A DNA stretch of 64,000 nt from a virus, in the UHGV virus genome UHGV-1374526, one strand, 5' to 3'. Shown in pieces: positions 1-9,834 of this stretch. The position numbers and the translations under genes were made by a program. The number at the start of each line of letters is the position of its first letter. Positions within the stretch are counted from its first letter, which is position 1. Under the pieces are notes generated by a model that was not told where the DNA came from, ran no database searches, and saw nothing but the letters and a program-made list of their open reading frames with translations.

Positions 1-143
1 TCATCGTTCTGTGGGTGTGGTCCTTCATCTACATCACCCTCACGCATCTGTTGAAACGGAGTAACCGGGACATGAACGTCAATATCTTTGGCCTCTCCGC
101 GACATTGGTCACTCTCTTCTTCATAATTATATCACACTAAACT

Positions 144-527
144 ATGTACAACGAAATTGCAATCGCCGCCCAAACTGTTGATTCCCACTTCTCCTATATG
201 GGATTAGAGGAATCAGCCGCTGACCTCCTGCGCCATCTTCTGTGGGAGATTGAAGAATACCGGGAAGCTGACGCGGAGGACCGCGTAAAGGAGGCAACCG
301 ACATCGCCATTCTCGCATTGCGCCTAGTAGCCGCTACGGGGCGCGATGAAGGTTTCTCCTTTGAGGATGGGATATTCCTCGCAAACGAAAAATGCCGGGA
401 AGTCGTGAACCGCATGAACCGTGCCGTGAAGATGTACAAGAAGGACAGAACCGCCGGAATTCCTATGAGCACCCCACAAGAATACTACGCGCAAGCGAAG
501 GAACAACTAAATACACCCAAACACTAA
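144..527 (+). CDS. MazG-like all-alpha NTP pyrophosphohydrolase (tentative)
   Basis: 127 aa. The acidic helix pair LLWEIEEYREADAED...VKEATDIAILALRLV resembles the MazG/HisE EExxE...D motif. Its stop overlaps the downstream start (TAATG). Confidence 0.4.
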   Translation: MYNEIAIAAQTVDSHFSYMGLEESAADLLRHLLWEIEEYREADAEDRVKEATDIAILALRLVAATGRDEGFSFEDGIFLANEKCREVVNRMNRAVKMYKKDRTAGIPMSTPQEYYAQAKEQLNTPKH

Positions 528-2446
528 TGCACGAAGAAATAGACCACCCCCCTATATCATTTTCACTGCCTCGCATTCCGGGGTATGAAATGGAGATTAC
601 AGACGACCAGACCAAACTCACAGGCGATACTCTTGCCGTTGACTTTGAAACGTATTATGAGGGGAAATATTCCCTCAAGTTCATGGACCCGCATTCCTAC
701 TGTCTGGACCCACGGTTCGACGCATACATCATGTCCGTCTATGACGGGAAGTATTGCTGGGTAGGACATCCGAAGGATTTTGACTGGGAGAAAACTACGA
801 AGGACAAAACCCTCGTCGCGTTTAACGCCAGCTTCGACTATGCCGTTTACCTCTTCGCACTTCACGCACCGGGGGCCAAGGGCATCCCGTGCACGCCAAG
901 CTTCCAGCCGCCCTTCAAGGAGTGGCTCTGTTCCCGTGCCGCTTCCAACTATCTCGCCATCTATGGCTCTCTTGACAAGATTGTCGCAAAGCTTTGGGGT
1001 GTAGAGATTAGCAAGGAGGTCCGAGCCAAGGCCGAAGGCGTTGATTTCCGCAAGATGGAAGTCATCCCAGACGACATGAAGGAATACGTGGCGGGCGATA
1101 GTTACTACTGTCTCGCCTTGTGGGACAAGATGAAGAACTTCTGGCCGGAAGATGAACGGGAATGTTGGCTCAATACCTGCATCATGGGATGGCGCGGAGT
1201 TCCGACTTCCCGTCAGTATCTTCTTGACGGATTGGAGAAACTCCATCAGGCGCAGGAGGAATACAAGGAAGCTATCCCGCTTGAAAAGAAACTCTCCATT
1301 CCCCAACTACGTAGAGCGTGCGAGGAACTGAACATCCCGCCGCCGGAGACGACGAGTAAGGCCAGCGAACTATTTACGGACTGGCTGGAAGAGTATGGCC
1401 ACCTCGTCCCGTGGGTAACTCTTATCGGGAAGTACAGGAGCGTGAACCGCATGATTAGCATTACCGAGCGCATGCTTTCCCGCGTCTATACTGACCATGA
1501 AGGGATAGAACGTCTCCCCTATACGCTGACCTACTGTGGCGCAAGCACGGGTCGTTGGACTGCCGGGGGCGACAAGCTCAACCTGCAACAGCTTAACCGT
1601 GAAGACGTTCTGGGCTTTAACCAGCGCAACGCCATTCAAGCACCCGAAGGGTATAAGCTCGTGGTATGTGACTGGGCTGGGATTGAAGCACGTCTGACCG
1701 CTTGGCTCTGCGGGCAGGAGAAAATTCTTGATACCCTCCGTGCTGGTGAGAAGGACATCTATGCCGCTAACGCGAAAGGTTGGGGCCTCATCCCCGCGGA
1801 TGTCAAGGACTTCAAACAGTACTGCAAGGAAACTCCGGGGCAAGCGGACCTTCGTCAGCATGTGAAGGCGGGGGTACTTGCTTGCGGCTTTAGTGCTGGA
1901 TGGAAGGCTATTCAACGCTCGAACCCCGGAATGGACAGGGACCAGTGCCAAGCGATTGTGGACATGTACCGCAGTCGTAGCCCAGAAGTGGTAGCATGGT
2001 GGAGAGAGTTGGACGCATTAGCGGCTCGCGGCTATCGTACCCCCTCCCATAGCTTCGCGCTCTCCCTTCCCTCTGGCCGGAAGCTCTATTATCGTAACTG
2101 TTACAAGAAACTCATTCAACCCAAGGACGGTCGTCGTCCCTATTTCGCAACCTGCGTCGATTTCGGGTACAAGTCCTCCATCGTCAATACTAACCTCCTT
2201 AGCAACAATAACATCCAGTCAATCGCACGTGACCTCATGGTCCGCACGTTCAACCGCCTGTGCAAGGAATTAGAGGGTGCGCAACCTATCCTTCTCGTGC
2301 ATGACGAAGCCGTAGTGATGGTTCCGGCTGACCATGCCGAGGAATACGCCCAGCGCATCGAACAGATAATGGAAGAAACTCCGCAGTGGGCTTCATCCCT
2401 TCCGCTCCTTGCCGAACCTGAAATCATGGACAAGTATCGCAAATGA
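527..2446 (+). CDS. DNA polymerase, family A (T7/PolI-like) with 3'-5' exonuclease domain
   Basis: Exo I motif DFETYY near the N-terminus. Motif A-like VCDWAGIEARLTAWL. Motif C LLVHDEAVVMV. The ATG at 527 overlaps the upstream stop (TAATG). The ORF-track start at 392 would overlap the upstream gene by 136 nt. Confidence 0.85.
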   Translation: MHEEIDHPPISFSLPRIPGYEMEITDDQTKLTGDTLAVDFETYYEGKYSLKFMDPHSYCLDPRFDAYIMSVYDGKYCWVGHPKDFDWEKTTKDKTLVAFNASFDYAVYLFALHAPGAKGIPCTPSFQPPFKEWLCSRAASNYLAIYGSLDKIVAKLWGVEISKEVRAKAEGVDFRKMEVIPDDMKEYVAGDSYYCLALWDKMKNFWPEDERECWLNTCIMGWRGVPTSRQYLLDGLEKLHQAQEEYKEAIPLEKKLSIPQLRRACEELNIPPPETTSKASELFTDWLEEYGHLVPWVTLIGKYRSVNRMISITERMLSRVYTDHEGIERLPYTLTYCGASTGRWTAGGDKLNLQQLNREDVLGFNQRNAIQAPEGYKLVVCDWAGIEARLTAWLCGQEKILDTLRAGEKDIYAANAKGWGLIPADVKDFKQYCKETPGQADLRQHVKAGVLACGFSAGWKAIQRSNPGMDRDQCQAIVDMYRSRSPEVVAWWRELDALAARGYRTPSHSFALSLPSGRKLYYRNCYKKLIQPKDGRRPYFATCVDFGYKSSIVNTNLLSNNNIQSIARDLMVRTFNRLCKELEGAQPILLVHDEAVVMVPADHAEEYAQRIEQIMEETPQWASSLPLLAEPEIMDKYRK

Positions 2447-3798
2447 GTGCGCTTACTCCATTCCCGCCTCAAGAAGATTGCATCCACGATATGGTGGATG
2501 CAATTACCCGGCACGGCTATGTGATAAATAAATCCTGCACGGGTACGGGGAAGACATTGGTTACTATCGAAACCGCGAAGGCTATGGGCAAGAGACTTCT
2601 CGTCGTCTGCCCTGCCATCGTAGTGACCCAATGGAAGCGAGCGATTGAACAGCAAGGAGCGGACGCGGTGGATGTCCTCTCATGGGAGAAGGTGCGCAGG
2701 GGGAGCACCCCCTATTACAAACGCCCCACAAAGATTCCCAAGTCCCGGATAGTCTTCGGGGCTTGGACCCTTCCCGACGATTCCTTGCTGGTCCTTGATG
2801 AAAGCCATAAGGCCAAAACCTATGGTAGCCAAAGCAACATCATGGCATTAACTGCGGCCCATCAAGGACTTCCGACGATTATGCTCTCTGCCACTCCTTT
2901 TATGTCTCCCCTCGATATGAGTGTCCCCGCAACATATGCCAAGTGGATTCAAGACCCCCGGCGAGGGTTCTGGCTCTGGGCACGTATGCACGGATGCACC
3001 GACAGCTTCTGGGGAGGTATCGAGTTTAAGCTCAACCCACGTAACCACGCCATGATGGAGAACCTGAAACAAAAGCTCTTCACTGCTGGGGTTATGACAG
3101 AGATTGACAAGGATAGACTTGACACATTCTTCCCGGAGAATAGAATCGAATATCTGTCCGTGGACGTAGACATGAAAGGTATGAAAGAGATTAAACAATT
3201 ACAGAAAGCACTTGACAAGCTGGACAAATCATGGGACCAGTCCATCGAACGGGCTAACGAGAAGGGAATCGAACTTCCTGCTATCGTTGAACTCCTTCGG
3301 CTTCGCCAGCAATCTGAATTGGCTAAGCTCCCCACGATGGCAGAGAAGGCAGTTGAACTTCTGGACAGTGGATATAGCGTCGCCATCTTCGTGTCTTTCC
3401 TCGACAGTCTCTCCACACTCTCGGAACTCATTAACAATAAATCGGGGAGAACAGTTCCCTACTCCGAGATTAGTGGAGCGGTGACTGGGAAGAACCGACA
3501 GGAAGAGGTGGACAAGTTCCAACGGAATGAAGTTCCTCTCGCTCTCGTGCAGATTAGTGCAGGAGGAACTGGGGTGTCGCTTCACGATACCGAGGGAGGC
3601 CACCCCCGCGCCGCACTCATCTCGCCCGATTTTTCCCTTTCGTCACTCCTGCAAGCTCAAGGACGTATCGCCCGCCTCGGTGCAAAGTCACACACCTTGC
3701 AGTACATTGTGACCGCCTCCGGTACGGTGGAGGAACGAATCATACAATCACTCAACACAAAAGAAATTTGCTTTAACGCATTAACATCAAATGGCTAA
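2443..3798 (+). CDS. SF2 helicase (SNF2/DEAD-like)
   Basis: Walker A CTGTGKT. DEAH-like box VLDESH. Motif V ISAGGTGVSLH. Motif VI QAQGRIARLG. ATGA overlap with the polymerase stop. Confidence 0.8.
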   Translation: MSALTPFPPQEDCIHDMVDAITRHGYVINKSCTGTGKTLVTIETAKAMGKRLLVVCPAIVVTQWKRAIEQQGADAVDVLSWEKVRRGSTPYYKRPTKIPKSRIVFGAWTLPDDSLLVLDESHKAKTYGSQSNIMALTAAHQGLPTIMLSATPFMSPLDMSVPATYAKWIQDPRRGFWLWARMHGCTDSFWGGIEFKLNPRNHAMMENLKQKLFTAGVMTEIDKDRLDTFFPENRIEYLSVDVDMKGMKEIKQLQKALDKLDKSWDQSIERANEKGIELPAIVELLRLRQQSELAKLPTMAEKAVELLDSGYSVAIFVSFLDSLSTLSELINNKSGRTVPYSEISGAVTGKNRQEEVDKFQRNEVPLALVQISAGGTGVSLHDTEGGHPRAALISPDFSLSSLLQAQGRIARLGAKSHTLQYIVTASGTVEERIIQSLNTKEICFNALTSNG

Positions 3799-5005
3799 TA
3801 ACGAAACCAACACTCATAGTAAGTACAGTCCGAGTAAGATGGCATTGCTCGCTACCTGTCCCGGATATGTCCCACGCCCCCTGACTAAAGAGGAAGAAGA
3901 GGATGACTTCTCCCCGGCGGCCATTGGGACCCGTGTTCACGCGGCCCTCGAAACCAAGAACCCAGAATCCCTTCTTACCAAGCATGAGCACATCCTCTAC
4001 ACTGCGGCATCCAACATGGTGGATAGGCTCATGTCCATCTTCGCAACCGAGGTACAAACGGACAAGGTAGAAGTACTCCCGGAACACAAGTTTGAAGGAA
4101 TCGTCTTCAACCCAGACGACGAAGCACAAACCGGAACGGCTGACGTTCTTGTCCGGCATGGTGATACTTCCATGATTATCGACTACAAAATGGGGATGGT
4201 CCCTGTCTCTGACCCTGCCGAGAATACCCAGTTCATCTACTATGGTTTGCTGGAAATGGCAGAACGCCCTGAATGTAAGCGCATTATCCTCGCGGTGGTA
4301 CAACCCAGCCAGACCGAAAGCATGAAGATTGCGGCGTTCTACCGCGACGGTAAGGGGCCGAAGTTCACCACCGACATGTCCGCAGTCCCTATGGACGAGG
4401 CTACCGCAAGGGGAAACATGTCCGCAGTCATTGCCCGCCATTGCCGTGACGCGGAGAACCCCTACGCTTACTCATCCTCTCCGCACGTCTGCCCCTACTG
4501 TTCCCGTCTCGCCCGGTGTAAGAAGGTGACTAGCATGGCCCGTAACTTCTCACTTAAAGTATTGAAGGACAAGGACCTAGCCGAGGGAATGATTGACAAT
4601 GTCGGTACGGCGATGGACAACCCGGAAACCCTTGGCTCCCTTCTTTCCTTTGCGAACATTATCGCGGAGGCCAACAAGGTGCATAAGGACTATGCCAAGA
4701 CCCTCTTCGCTTGCGGCGTTGATGTTCCCGGATGGAAGTATGCACGGCGAGGTAATACCGTAAAGGTGGACAACGATGCCTTCCGTGCCTACGTCGAGCA
4801 GTACATTTCCCCAGAGGAAATTCTGGACAGCATCTCCCGCCTCCCTGTGTCGAAGCTTCTTGACATGGTGGTAGATAAAAACAAAGTTGAAGGAGCCACC
4901 CGTGCCGAGATGAAGGAGGCCAAGGAATCCTTACTCGAAGAGCTTCAAGAACTTGGAGTAGTGAAAGAAGTGACGAGCGCGATGGCTTTGCTCAAAATCA
5001 AATAA
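3791..5005 (+). CDS. PD-(D/E)xK nuclease with Cas4/RecB-like Cys cluster
   Basis: An N-terminal Cys (LATCPGY) plus C-terminal C-x2-C-x5-C (CPYCSRLARC), typical of Cas4-like Fe-S nucleases. Core D..D/ExK-like segment DVLVRHGDTSMIIDYKMG. The start overlaps the helicase stop by 8 nt. Confidence 0.6.
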   Translation: MANNETNTHSKYSPSKMALLATCPGYVPRPLTKEEEEDDFSPAAIGTRVHAALETKNPESLLTKHEHILYTAASNMVDRLMSIFATEVQTDKVEVLPEHKFEGIVFNPDDEAQTGTADVLVRHGDTSMIIDYKMGMVPVSDPAENTQFIYYGLLEMAERPECKRIILAVVQPSQTESMKIAAFYRDGKGPKFTTDMSAVPMDEATARGNMSAVIARHCRDAENPYAYSSSPHVCPYCSRLARCKKVTSMARNFSLKVLKDKDLAEGMIDNVGTAMDNPETLGSLLSFANIIAEANKVHKDYAKTLFACGVDVPGWKYARRGNTVKVDNDAFRAYVEQYISPEEILDSISRLPVSKLLDMVVDKNKVEGATRAEMKEAKESLLEELQELGVVKEVTSAMALLKIK

Positions 5006-5016
5006 ACATCTTGACA

Positions 5017-5044
5017 TTTCACGAACTTGTGATATAGTCGCGTC
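5017..5044 (+). promoter_or_regulatory. sigma70-like promoter (TTGACA-16-TATAGT) upstream of 5115 gene
   Basis: TTGACA 5017-5022, 16-nt spacer, TATAGT 5039-5044. Leader of about 65 nt. Confidence 0.5.
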
Positions 5045-5114
5045 AGAGAAGTTACCGAGGGTAGTTCACTCACCAAAGAAGCCCTCAACCCAAAACCAAG
5101 AATAAACGAATACT

Positions 5115-5882
5115 ATGGCTACTAAGAAAACAGAACACGAAACCTTGGGAATAGACCCGGGAGACGCATTGGAACTGGGAACCCCGGAACCCAATCAACT
5201 CGCAACCGCTACGGAATACCACTCTTTCGAGGGTGAGACCGACGCTTCGGACATTCAGATTCCCTACCTCAAACTGTGGCAAGCCTCTTGCGATGAGGCT
5301 AAACTGGAAGAACCGATTGGCAGTTTGGGTGCGTTCCTTCTCAACGGTCTGGTCGTTGCCGAGCGCAATAATCCTCTTGAATGTATCGTATTGAAGGCTC
5401 GTAAGTTCTTCCGCGAATACATCCCGTACAACGAACGTCAGCCCGGCGTATATGCCAAGACGTGGAATACGAAGGAAGAGTATGAAGCAGAAGGATTTGA
5501 CAAGTCGCAGGTCAACCGTGCCCTTGCCATGTGGCTACTGGTTAAGAAGCCGCAGGGTATTAAGGACGCAAGTACCACCGAGGATGACCTTGACGCTCTC
5601 TTCACCATTGACTTCATGGGCGACCAGTGGACGCTGGCACGCTACACCCCGGAAGGTAATCAGTACACGGGCGTTGGTGCTCCCTTCATTCAGTTCATGA
5701 TGTTGAAGGGGAACAAGCTCGGCTCCCTGCCCTTCCGTGTGCAGATTGGTGCACAACGCGCCGTCTCCCGCGACGGGAAGAACAGCTACGCCAAAGCGTT
5801 CCTCAAGTTCAAACCGCACCCGGTGGAAGGTCAGGTTGAAGCCATCCAAGAGATGGGCCTCCTTTCCGCGGTAACTAAGTAA
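5115..5882 (+). CDS. hypothetical protein in the replication/recombination module (ssDNA-binding or annealing role only guessed)
   Basis: 255-aa ORF with an acidic N-terminus, lying between the nuclease and the RuvC-like gene. It has its own promoter and terminator. No diagnostic motif was recognised. Confidence 0.5.
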   Translation: MATKKTEHETLGIDPGDALELGTPEPNQLATATEYHSFEGETDASDIQIPYLKLWQASCDEAKLEEPIGSLGAFLLNGLVVAERNNPLECIVLKARKFFREYIPYNERQPGVYAKTWNTKEEYEAEGFDKSQVNRALAMWLLVKKPQGIKDASTTEDDLDALFTIDFMGDQWTLARYTPEGNQYTGVGAPFIQFMMLKGNKLGSLPFRVQIGAQRAVSRDGKNSYAKAFLKFKPHPVEGQVEAIQEMGLLSAVTK

Positions 5883-5952
5883 CCCCCTCCCGGCCCTGAC
5901 GGGTTTATCCCGTAGCACCGCATTGCGGGTAAAAAAGGGGCACGTTCTATTC

Positions 5953-5989
5953 GGCCATCATAGTACGCTATGGTGGCCGTCTTATTTTT
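5953..5989 (+). terminator. intrinsic terminator
   Basis: Hairpin ggccatcatag / ctatggtggcc followed by cttattttt. Confidence 0.6.
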
Positions 5990-5993
5990 GTGC

Positions 5994-6022
5994 TTGACCT
6001 TCTGGACTTTGTGGGATATATT
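5994..6022 (+). promoter_or_regulatory. sigma70-like promoter with -10 placed 5 nt before the ATG (leaderless)
   Basis: TTGACC 5994-5999, 17-nt spacer, TATATT 6017-6022, ATG 6028. Confidence 0.55.
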
Positions 6023-6027
6023 CTCCT

Positions 6028-6543
6028 ATGCAACTAGTAGGAGTTGACCCCGGAACCCACGGAGCCCTTGTACTCGCGGACACCCGGAGCAAGAAAATCT
6101 GGATAAAGCACATGCCAGAAGACGAAAGGGAACTGGAAATCATATTGAACAAACTGCCACGTAGCCGTCATCGTATCATGTACATTGAGAAGATGAGCTA
6201 TGCCATGAGCGGAGGCGGCAAGGTGTCCAATCCGAGAAGTAGTGGCGTATTGGGAGAGGCAACCGGGAAGGTCCTCGGTTACGCCGCGGCGGCGGGGTAC
6301 ACCGTCACAAAGGTTTCCCCAATCGTATGGATGCGGGCTATGGGCGCGTATGATACGGGCCTGACTGCCCGGGACCGCACGAAGTGGAAGAACAACCTGA
6401 AACGCATCGCGATGGAGAACTTCCCCGGCGCGAAGGTGACATTGCAGAACGCGGACGCTCTTCTCATTCTATTGTACGCGTACCGGGAACTGAACGACGA
6501 CCACACACTGACCCTCGACAACTGGGATATAGAAAGAATCTGA
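6028..6543 (+). CDS. RuvC-like Holliday junction resolvase
   Basis: N-terminal MQLVGVDPGTHGALVLAD fits the RuvC/YqgF first catalytic Asp motif. About 170 aa, in a replication/recombination context. Confidence 0.65.
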   Translation: MQLVGVDPGTHGALVLADTRSKKIWIKHMPEDERELEIILNKLPRSRHRIMYIEKMSYAMSGGGKVSNPRSSGVLGEATGKVLGYAAAAGYTVTKVSPIVWMRAMGAYDTGLTARDRTKWKNNLKRIAMENFPGAKVTLQNADALLILLYAYRELNDDHTLTLDNWDIERI

Positions 6544-6544
6544 A

Positions 6545-8383
6545 ATGGCACGACACTTTACCCGCTACGGACGACAATGGGAGTACGGAGTATCAGAGCT
6601 TGACATCGAACTCTGGTGCTTCAAATACGCATGGCCCGAAGAGAAGGGAGGGCTGGGCAGGTATGGACACGCTAAGAACGCCATCAATCTCCTGTGGAAT
6701 TACAAGGGCAGTCCTACTCCCATTATCTGGACGCCGTGGATTGAACGGATGATTGAAACCGCGTGCAAATATGATGTGGTCATCATGGGTGGAGGCTCGT
6801 CCTCTGGGAAGTCATTATCTATGGCTATCATGGCGACGCTCTTCTATCTGGCCGACCCCGTCGATACCCTTTGCCTAGTCACATCGACTACTATTGAAGG
6901 TGCGAAGAAACGTATCTTCAAGGATATTAAACGGTTGTGGCGCAAGGAATTTCCGGGCAAGCTCGTTGATGGCAAGGGACAGATTAAAGGCGTGAACGAG
7001 GACGGAGATATTGACGATTCCCGCGGCATCTCCATTATCCCCTGCGCGAACGTCGGCGACCCCAGTAGCCGATTTATCGGTATTAAGGCAAAGAACATGC
7101 ACGTCTTTTACGACGAGCTTTCCGAATTGCCGATTGAACTCGTCGAGGTGTGGCGTACCAACCTCATCACCAACAGAGCGGACACGCCTCCTACCCTGAT
7201 GGCCGCCTCTAACCCCAAGAGCCGCACCGATGCCTTTGGTGTTATGGCTATGCCCAAGGATGGGTGGAACAGCGTTGACATCTTTGAGGAATACGAGTGG
7301 GAGACCAAGGACGGGATTTACATCCGCTTCGACAACACCCAGAACCCCCGCATCAAATATGGCCGCGAGGATTGGAGCTTCTACACCCCGTTGGACATCG
7401 TTCAGCAAACGATTGAACAATATGGGGAGAATAGTCCGTTCGTGATGCGGTTCCACCGGGCAACCTTTTCAGACGATACGGAAGAAGGTTCACTAATGTC
7501 GGAGGCTGAAATTTACGGCAGTGGCGCGGATGCCATGCCCGTCTGGGGAGACGGCGAGTTGATTACCATCGCAGGATTGGACCCTGCCTACACCAACGGC
7601 GGGGACCAGTCATGTTTGAAGCTCGCCAAAGTCGGACGAACGGTTGAAGGGCTTTGGGCGTGCGCGGTGTTCCGTACCTATTTGTTGAAGTCTACGTCCG
7701 ACAAGGAACGGATGAAGCAAAGGAACTTCGACATCGCCCAGCAAGTTGGAGAGATTCTCCGGGCCAACGGGGTTGAAAGTAAGTACCTTGCCGTAGACGT
7801 AACCGGAGGTACTGGTTTCATCGACATCCTCGCCCAGCATGTCGGCACGGACTTCCAGACGGTCAGCTTCGCGGGTATGGCGAGCAAAGTGCCCATTGGC
7901 CTGTTGCAGAATCAGGAGGCATGCCAGCAATATAGCAACAAGGTCTCCGAGCTTTGGGGATGTATGAAACTGGCAATCAATGCTCGCCAACTTTATGGCC
8001 TCGACCCGACAACTATCGTCGAGCTTAAATCCCGGCTCTACACCATGAACGGAACCCGAATTGCCGTGGAACCCAAGGCGGCCATGAAGAAACGGATTCA
8101 TAAATCCCCGGACAACGCGGACGCACTAGCACTTCTCGTCCACGTGTGCCGGGGAATCATGGGACCGGAGTTCGGTAAGATTAGGCTTGACATTCAGAAC
8201 CATAAGGTGGTAGAACATCAAGAGGTAATCAAATATCGCGAAGACGGAACCGCATATATTGAAGCCGCAGACATTGGCAGGTATCTCGGAGGCTTCGTCG
8301 GAGGCAATGCCCCCGCTCCCGCTCCTGCCCGCGACACCTTTGCCTCCGACGTAACCGCCGCAATGAACATGCTATGGACCTAA
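6545..8383 (+). CDS. terminase large subunit
   Basis: 612 aa. Walker-A-like GGGSSSGKS. Size and position immediately upstream of the head genes. Start coupled to the RuvC stop (TGAaATG). Confidence 0.7.
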   Translation: MARHFTRYGRQWEYGVSELDIELWCFKYAWPEEKGGLGRYGHAKNAINLLWNYKGSPTPIIWTPWIERMIETACKYDVVIMGGGSSSGKSLSMAIMATLFYLADPVDTLCLVTSTTIEGAKKRIFKDIKRLWRKEFPGKLVDGKGQIKGVNEDGDIDDSRGISIIPCANVGDPSSRFIGIKAKNMHVFYDELSELPIELVEVWRTNLITNRADTPPTLMAASNPKSRTDAFGVMAMPKDGWNSVDIFEEYEWETKDGIYIRFDNTQNPRIKYGREDWSFYTPLDIVQQTIEQYGENSPFVMRFHRATFSDDTEEGSLMSEAEIYGSGADAMPVWGDGELITIAGLDPAYTNGGDQSCLKLAKVGRTVEGLWACAVFRTYLLKSTSDKERMKQRNFDIAQQVGEILRANGVESKYLAVDVTGGTGFIDILAQHVGTDFQTVSFAGMASKVPIGLLQNQEACQQYSNKVSELWGCMKLAINARQLYGLDPTTIVELKSRLYTMNGTRIAVEPKAAMKKRIHKSPDNADALALLVHVCRGIMGPEFGKIRLDIQNHKVVEHQEVIKYREDGTAYIEAADIGRYLGGFVGGNAPAPAPARDTFASDVTAAMNMLWT

Positions 8384-9033
8384 GAGCCGCCGCAAAGATA
8401 GCCGCCCCCAAACCGATTTCCAACGAGAACACCGTTATACGGAAGGCCATTGAGATGTACAAGGCAGGGACCCCGGTTCCTGTCATCTCGGAAGTTACTG
8501 GCCTCCCCCGTGAACGTGTTGATAAGATTGTTGATAGCGTCCAACTCTCGAAGGAGGAACTGGCTATCCGCAATGAACTTCTCAATACGTACACACAGAA
8601 CACACAGGCACGCATCCTCCAACGCCAAGAGGCGAGGACGAAGATAGAGCTTGACATCGTTGAATCCATGAGTAGCCAGTACAAAGAACTGATGAACAGT
8701 GGATTCTCCCGTGTCGCTTCCTTCATGGCCGACGCAGAGATACAATCAATTAAGGATGTACCTCTCTTCCTCTCTATCATGGAGCGAAGCCACGGTCTGT
8801 GGGAGAAGTTTAACGAAGCGATTGCGAAGCGCGACATGGACCTACTGTCACAGGTCATTCAGCAGTTCGAGCTGGAACAAACCGAGATAGTGACGCAGAT
8901 GGGATTGCAGGGTGGACCAGTAACTCTGAACAAGGATGGCACTCGTCCTGAACTGGAAGAAGGAAGCGCGGCCAGAACTATTACCTTGAAGCTAAAGAAG
9001 AAAGGCGAAAAGCCCGAAGCTGACGAAAAATAA
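8374..9033 (+). CDS. HTH-containing protein (small-terminase-like role possible)
   Basis: 219 aa. Candidate HTH PVPVISEVTGLPRERVDKIV. Coiled-coil C-terminus. Overlaps the TerL stop. Confidence 0.35.
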   Translation: MDLRAAAKIAAPKPISNENTVIRKAIEMYKAGTPVPVISEVTGLPRERVDKIVDSVQLSKEELAIRNELLNTYTQNTQARILQRQEARTKIELDIVESMSSQYKELMNSGFSRVASFMADAEIQSIKDVPLFLSIMERSHGLWEKFNEAIAKRDMDLLSQVIQQFELEQTEIVTQMGLQGGPVTLNKDGTRPELEEGSAARTITLKLKKKGEKPEADEK

Positions 9034-9035
9034 TA

Positions 9036-9063
9036 TTGACAACGTCGTCCATTCGCGTATAGT
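9036..9063 (+). promoter_or_regulatory. sigma70-like promoter with -10 placed 6 nt before the ATG (leaderless)
   Basis: TTGACA 9036-9041, 16-nt spacer, TATAGT 9058-9063, ATG 9070. Confidence 0.55.
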
Positions 9064-9069
9064 GGGGCC

Positions 9070-9834
9070 ATGCCGAAACCCGAATCAATTCAAGAAGTCT
9101 TCCGTCGTTGGACCCCGGTAGCTCTCATGAACTTGCCGGAGGAAGTGAAGACCCCAGAAACGTTCCCCGATTATATGGGGACGGATGATGAACCGTTGCC
9201 TGTTGGTCATAGTCAGGGAATTCTAACGGTCATTGGGTACTCCCACGATGTCCGATATCCGTATGTCGCGCAATGTGCATGTGGGAATGTGGTCACGATG
9301 AACCGTCTGCAATTAACGCGCAAGCAACACCATTGTGGATGCCTGACCCAAATCATGCGCTCATCCTATCTTATCCGCTTGCGGGTAGAAGCTATGCGTT
9401 CATGGTGGCAACAGGTTCCTCTGTGGCTCGATGACCTTGACAAGCTTCGCGAACACGCGAAGAAGTACAAGAAGGCCGTCAAGAGAACGAACAAGTACAA
9501 TGCCAAGCTCTCCCATGTCGAGTACGCGGACGACCCGCTGACGTTTGACAGGGAGGTAGAGACCTCCGGTAGCCCTGACGGGGTGGACGCTTTCCTTTCC
9601 CTCATCGCACCGTCGGAGGAATATAGTCAGTTCCTACGCAGTATTGCCGAGAAGCTGACCAAGGAATATAAACCTTGGCCCGCAATCCCGATGGCGAATA
9701 CAAGCGCGTATGCCAGTTACAAGAACGAACTGCCCGAATTTGACGCGGCTACCTTCATTAACTTCGTCAACTACCTTGCAGACGCACAAGAGGATAAAAA
9801 CCTGAAACCTACGTCCGACAATGGCGATAAGTGA
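9070..9834 (+). CDS. hypothetical protein (Cys/His cluster QCACGN...HHCGC)
   Basis: 254-aa ORF with its own promoter. Possible small zinc-binding element. Confidence 0.45.
   Translation: MPKPESIQEVFRRWTPVALMNLPEEVKTPETFPDYMGTDDEPLPVGHSQGILTVIGYSHDVRYPYVAQCACGNVVTMNRLQLTRKQHHCGCLTQIMRSSYLIRLRVEAMRSWWQQVPLWLDDLDKLREHAKKYKKAVKRTNKYNAKLSHVEYADDPLTFDREVETSGSPDGVDAFLSLIAPSEEYSQFLRSIAEKLTKEYKPWPAIPMANTSAYASYKNELPEFDAATFINFVNYLADAQEDKNLKPTSDNGDK

Noticed and set aside
563-1306. Long antisense ORFs inside well-supported + strand genes (e.g. 563..1306, 1370..1951, 10151..11056, 11356..12297, 15231..16400, 18698..20083, 40675..41664, 43459..44544 on the minus strand)
   Set aside because: They lie entirely within genes with strong motif or synteny support on the opposite strand, have no promoter or leader signals, and look like shadow ORFs of a moderately GC-rich coding strand.
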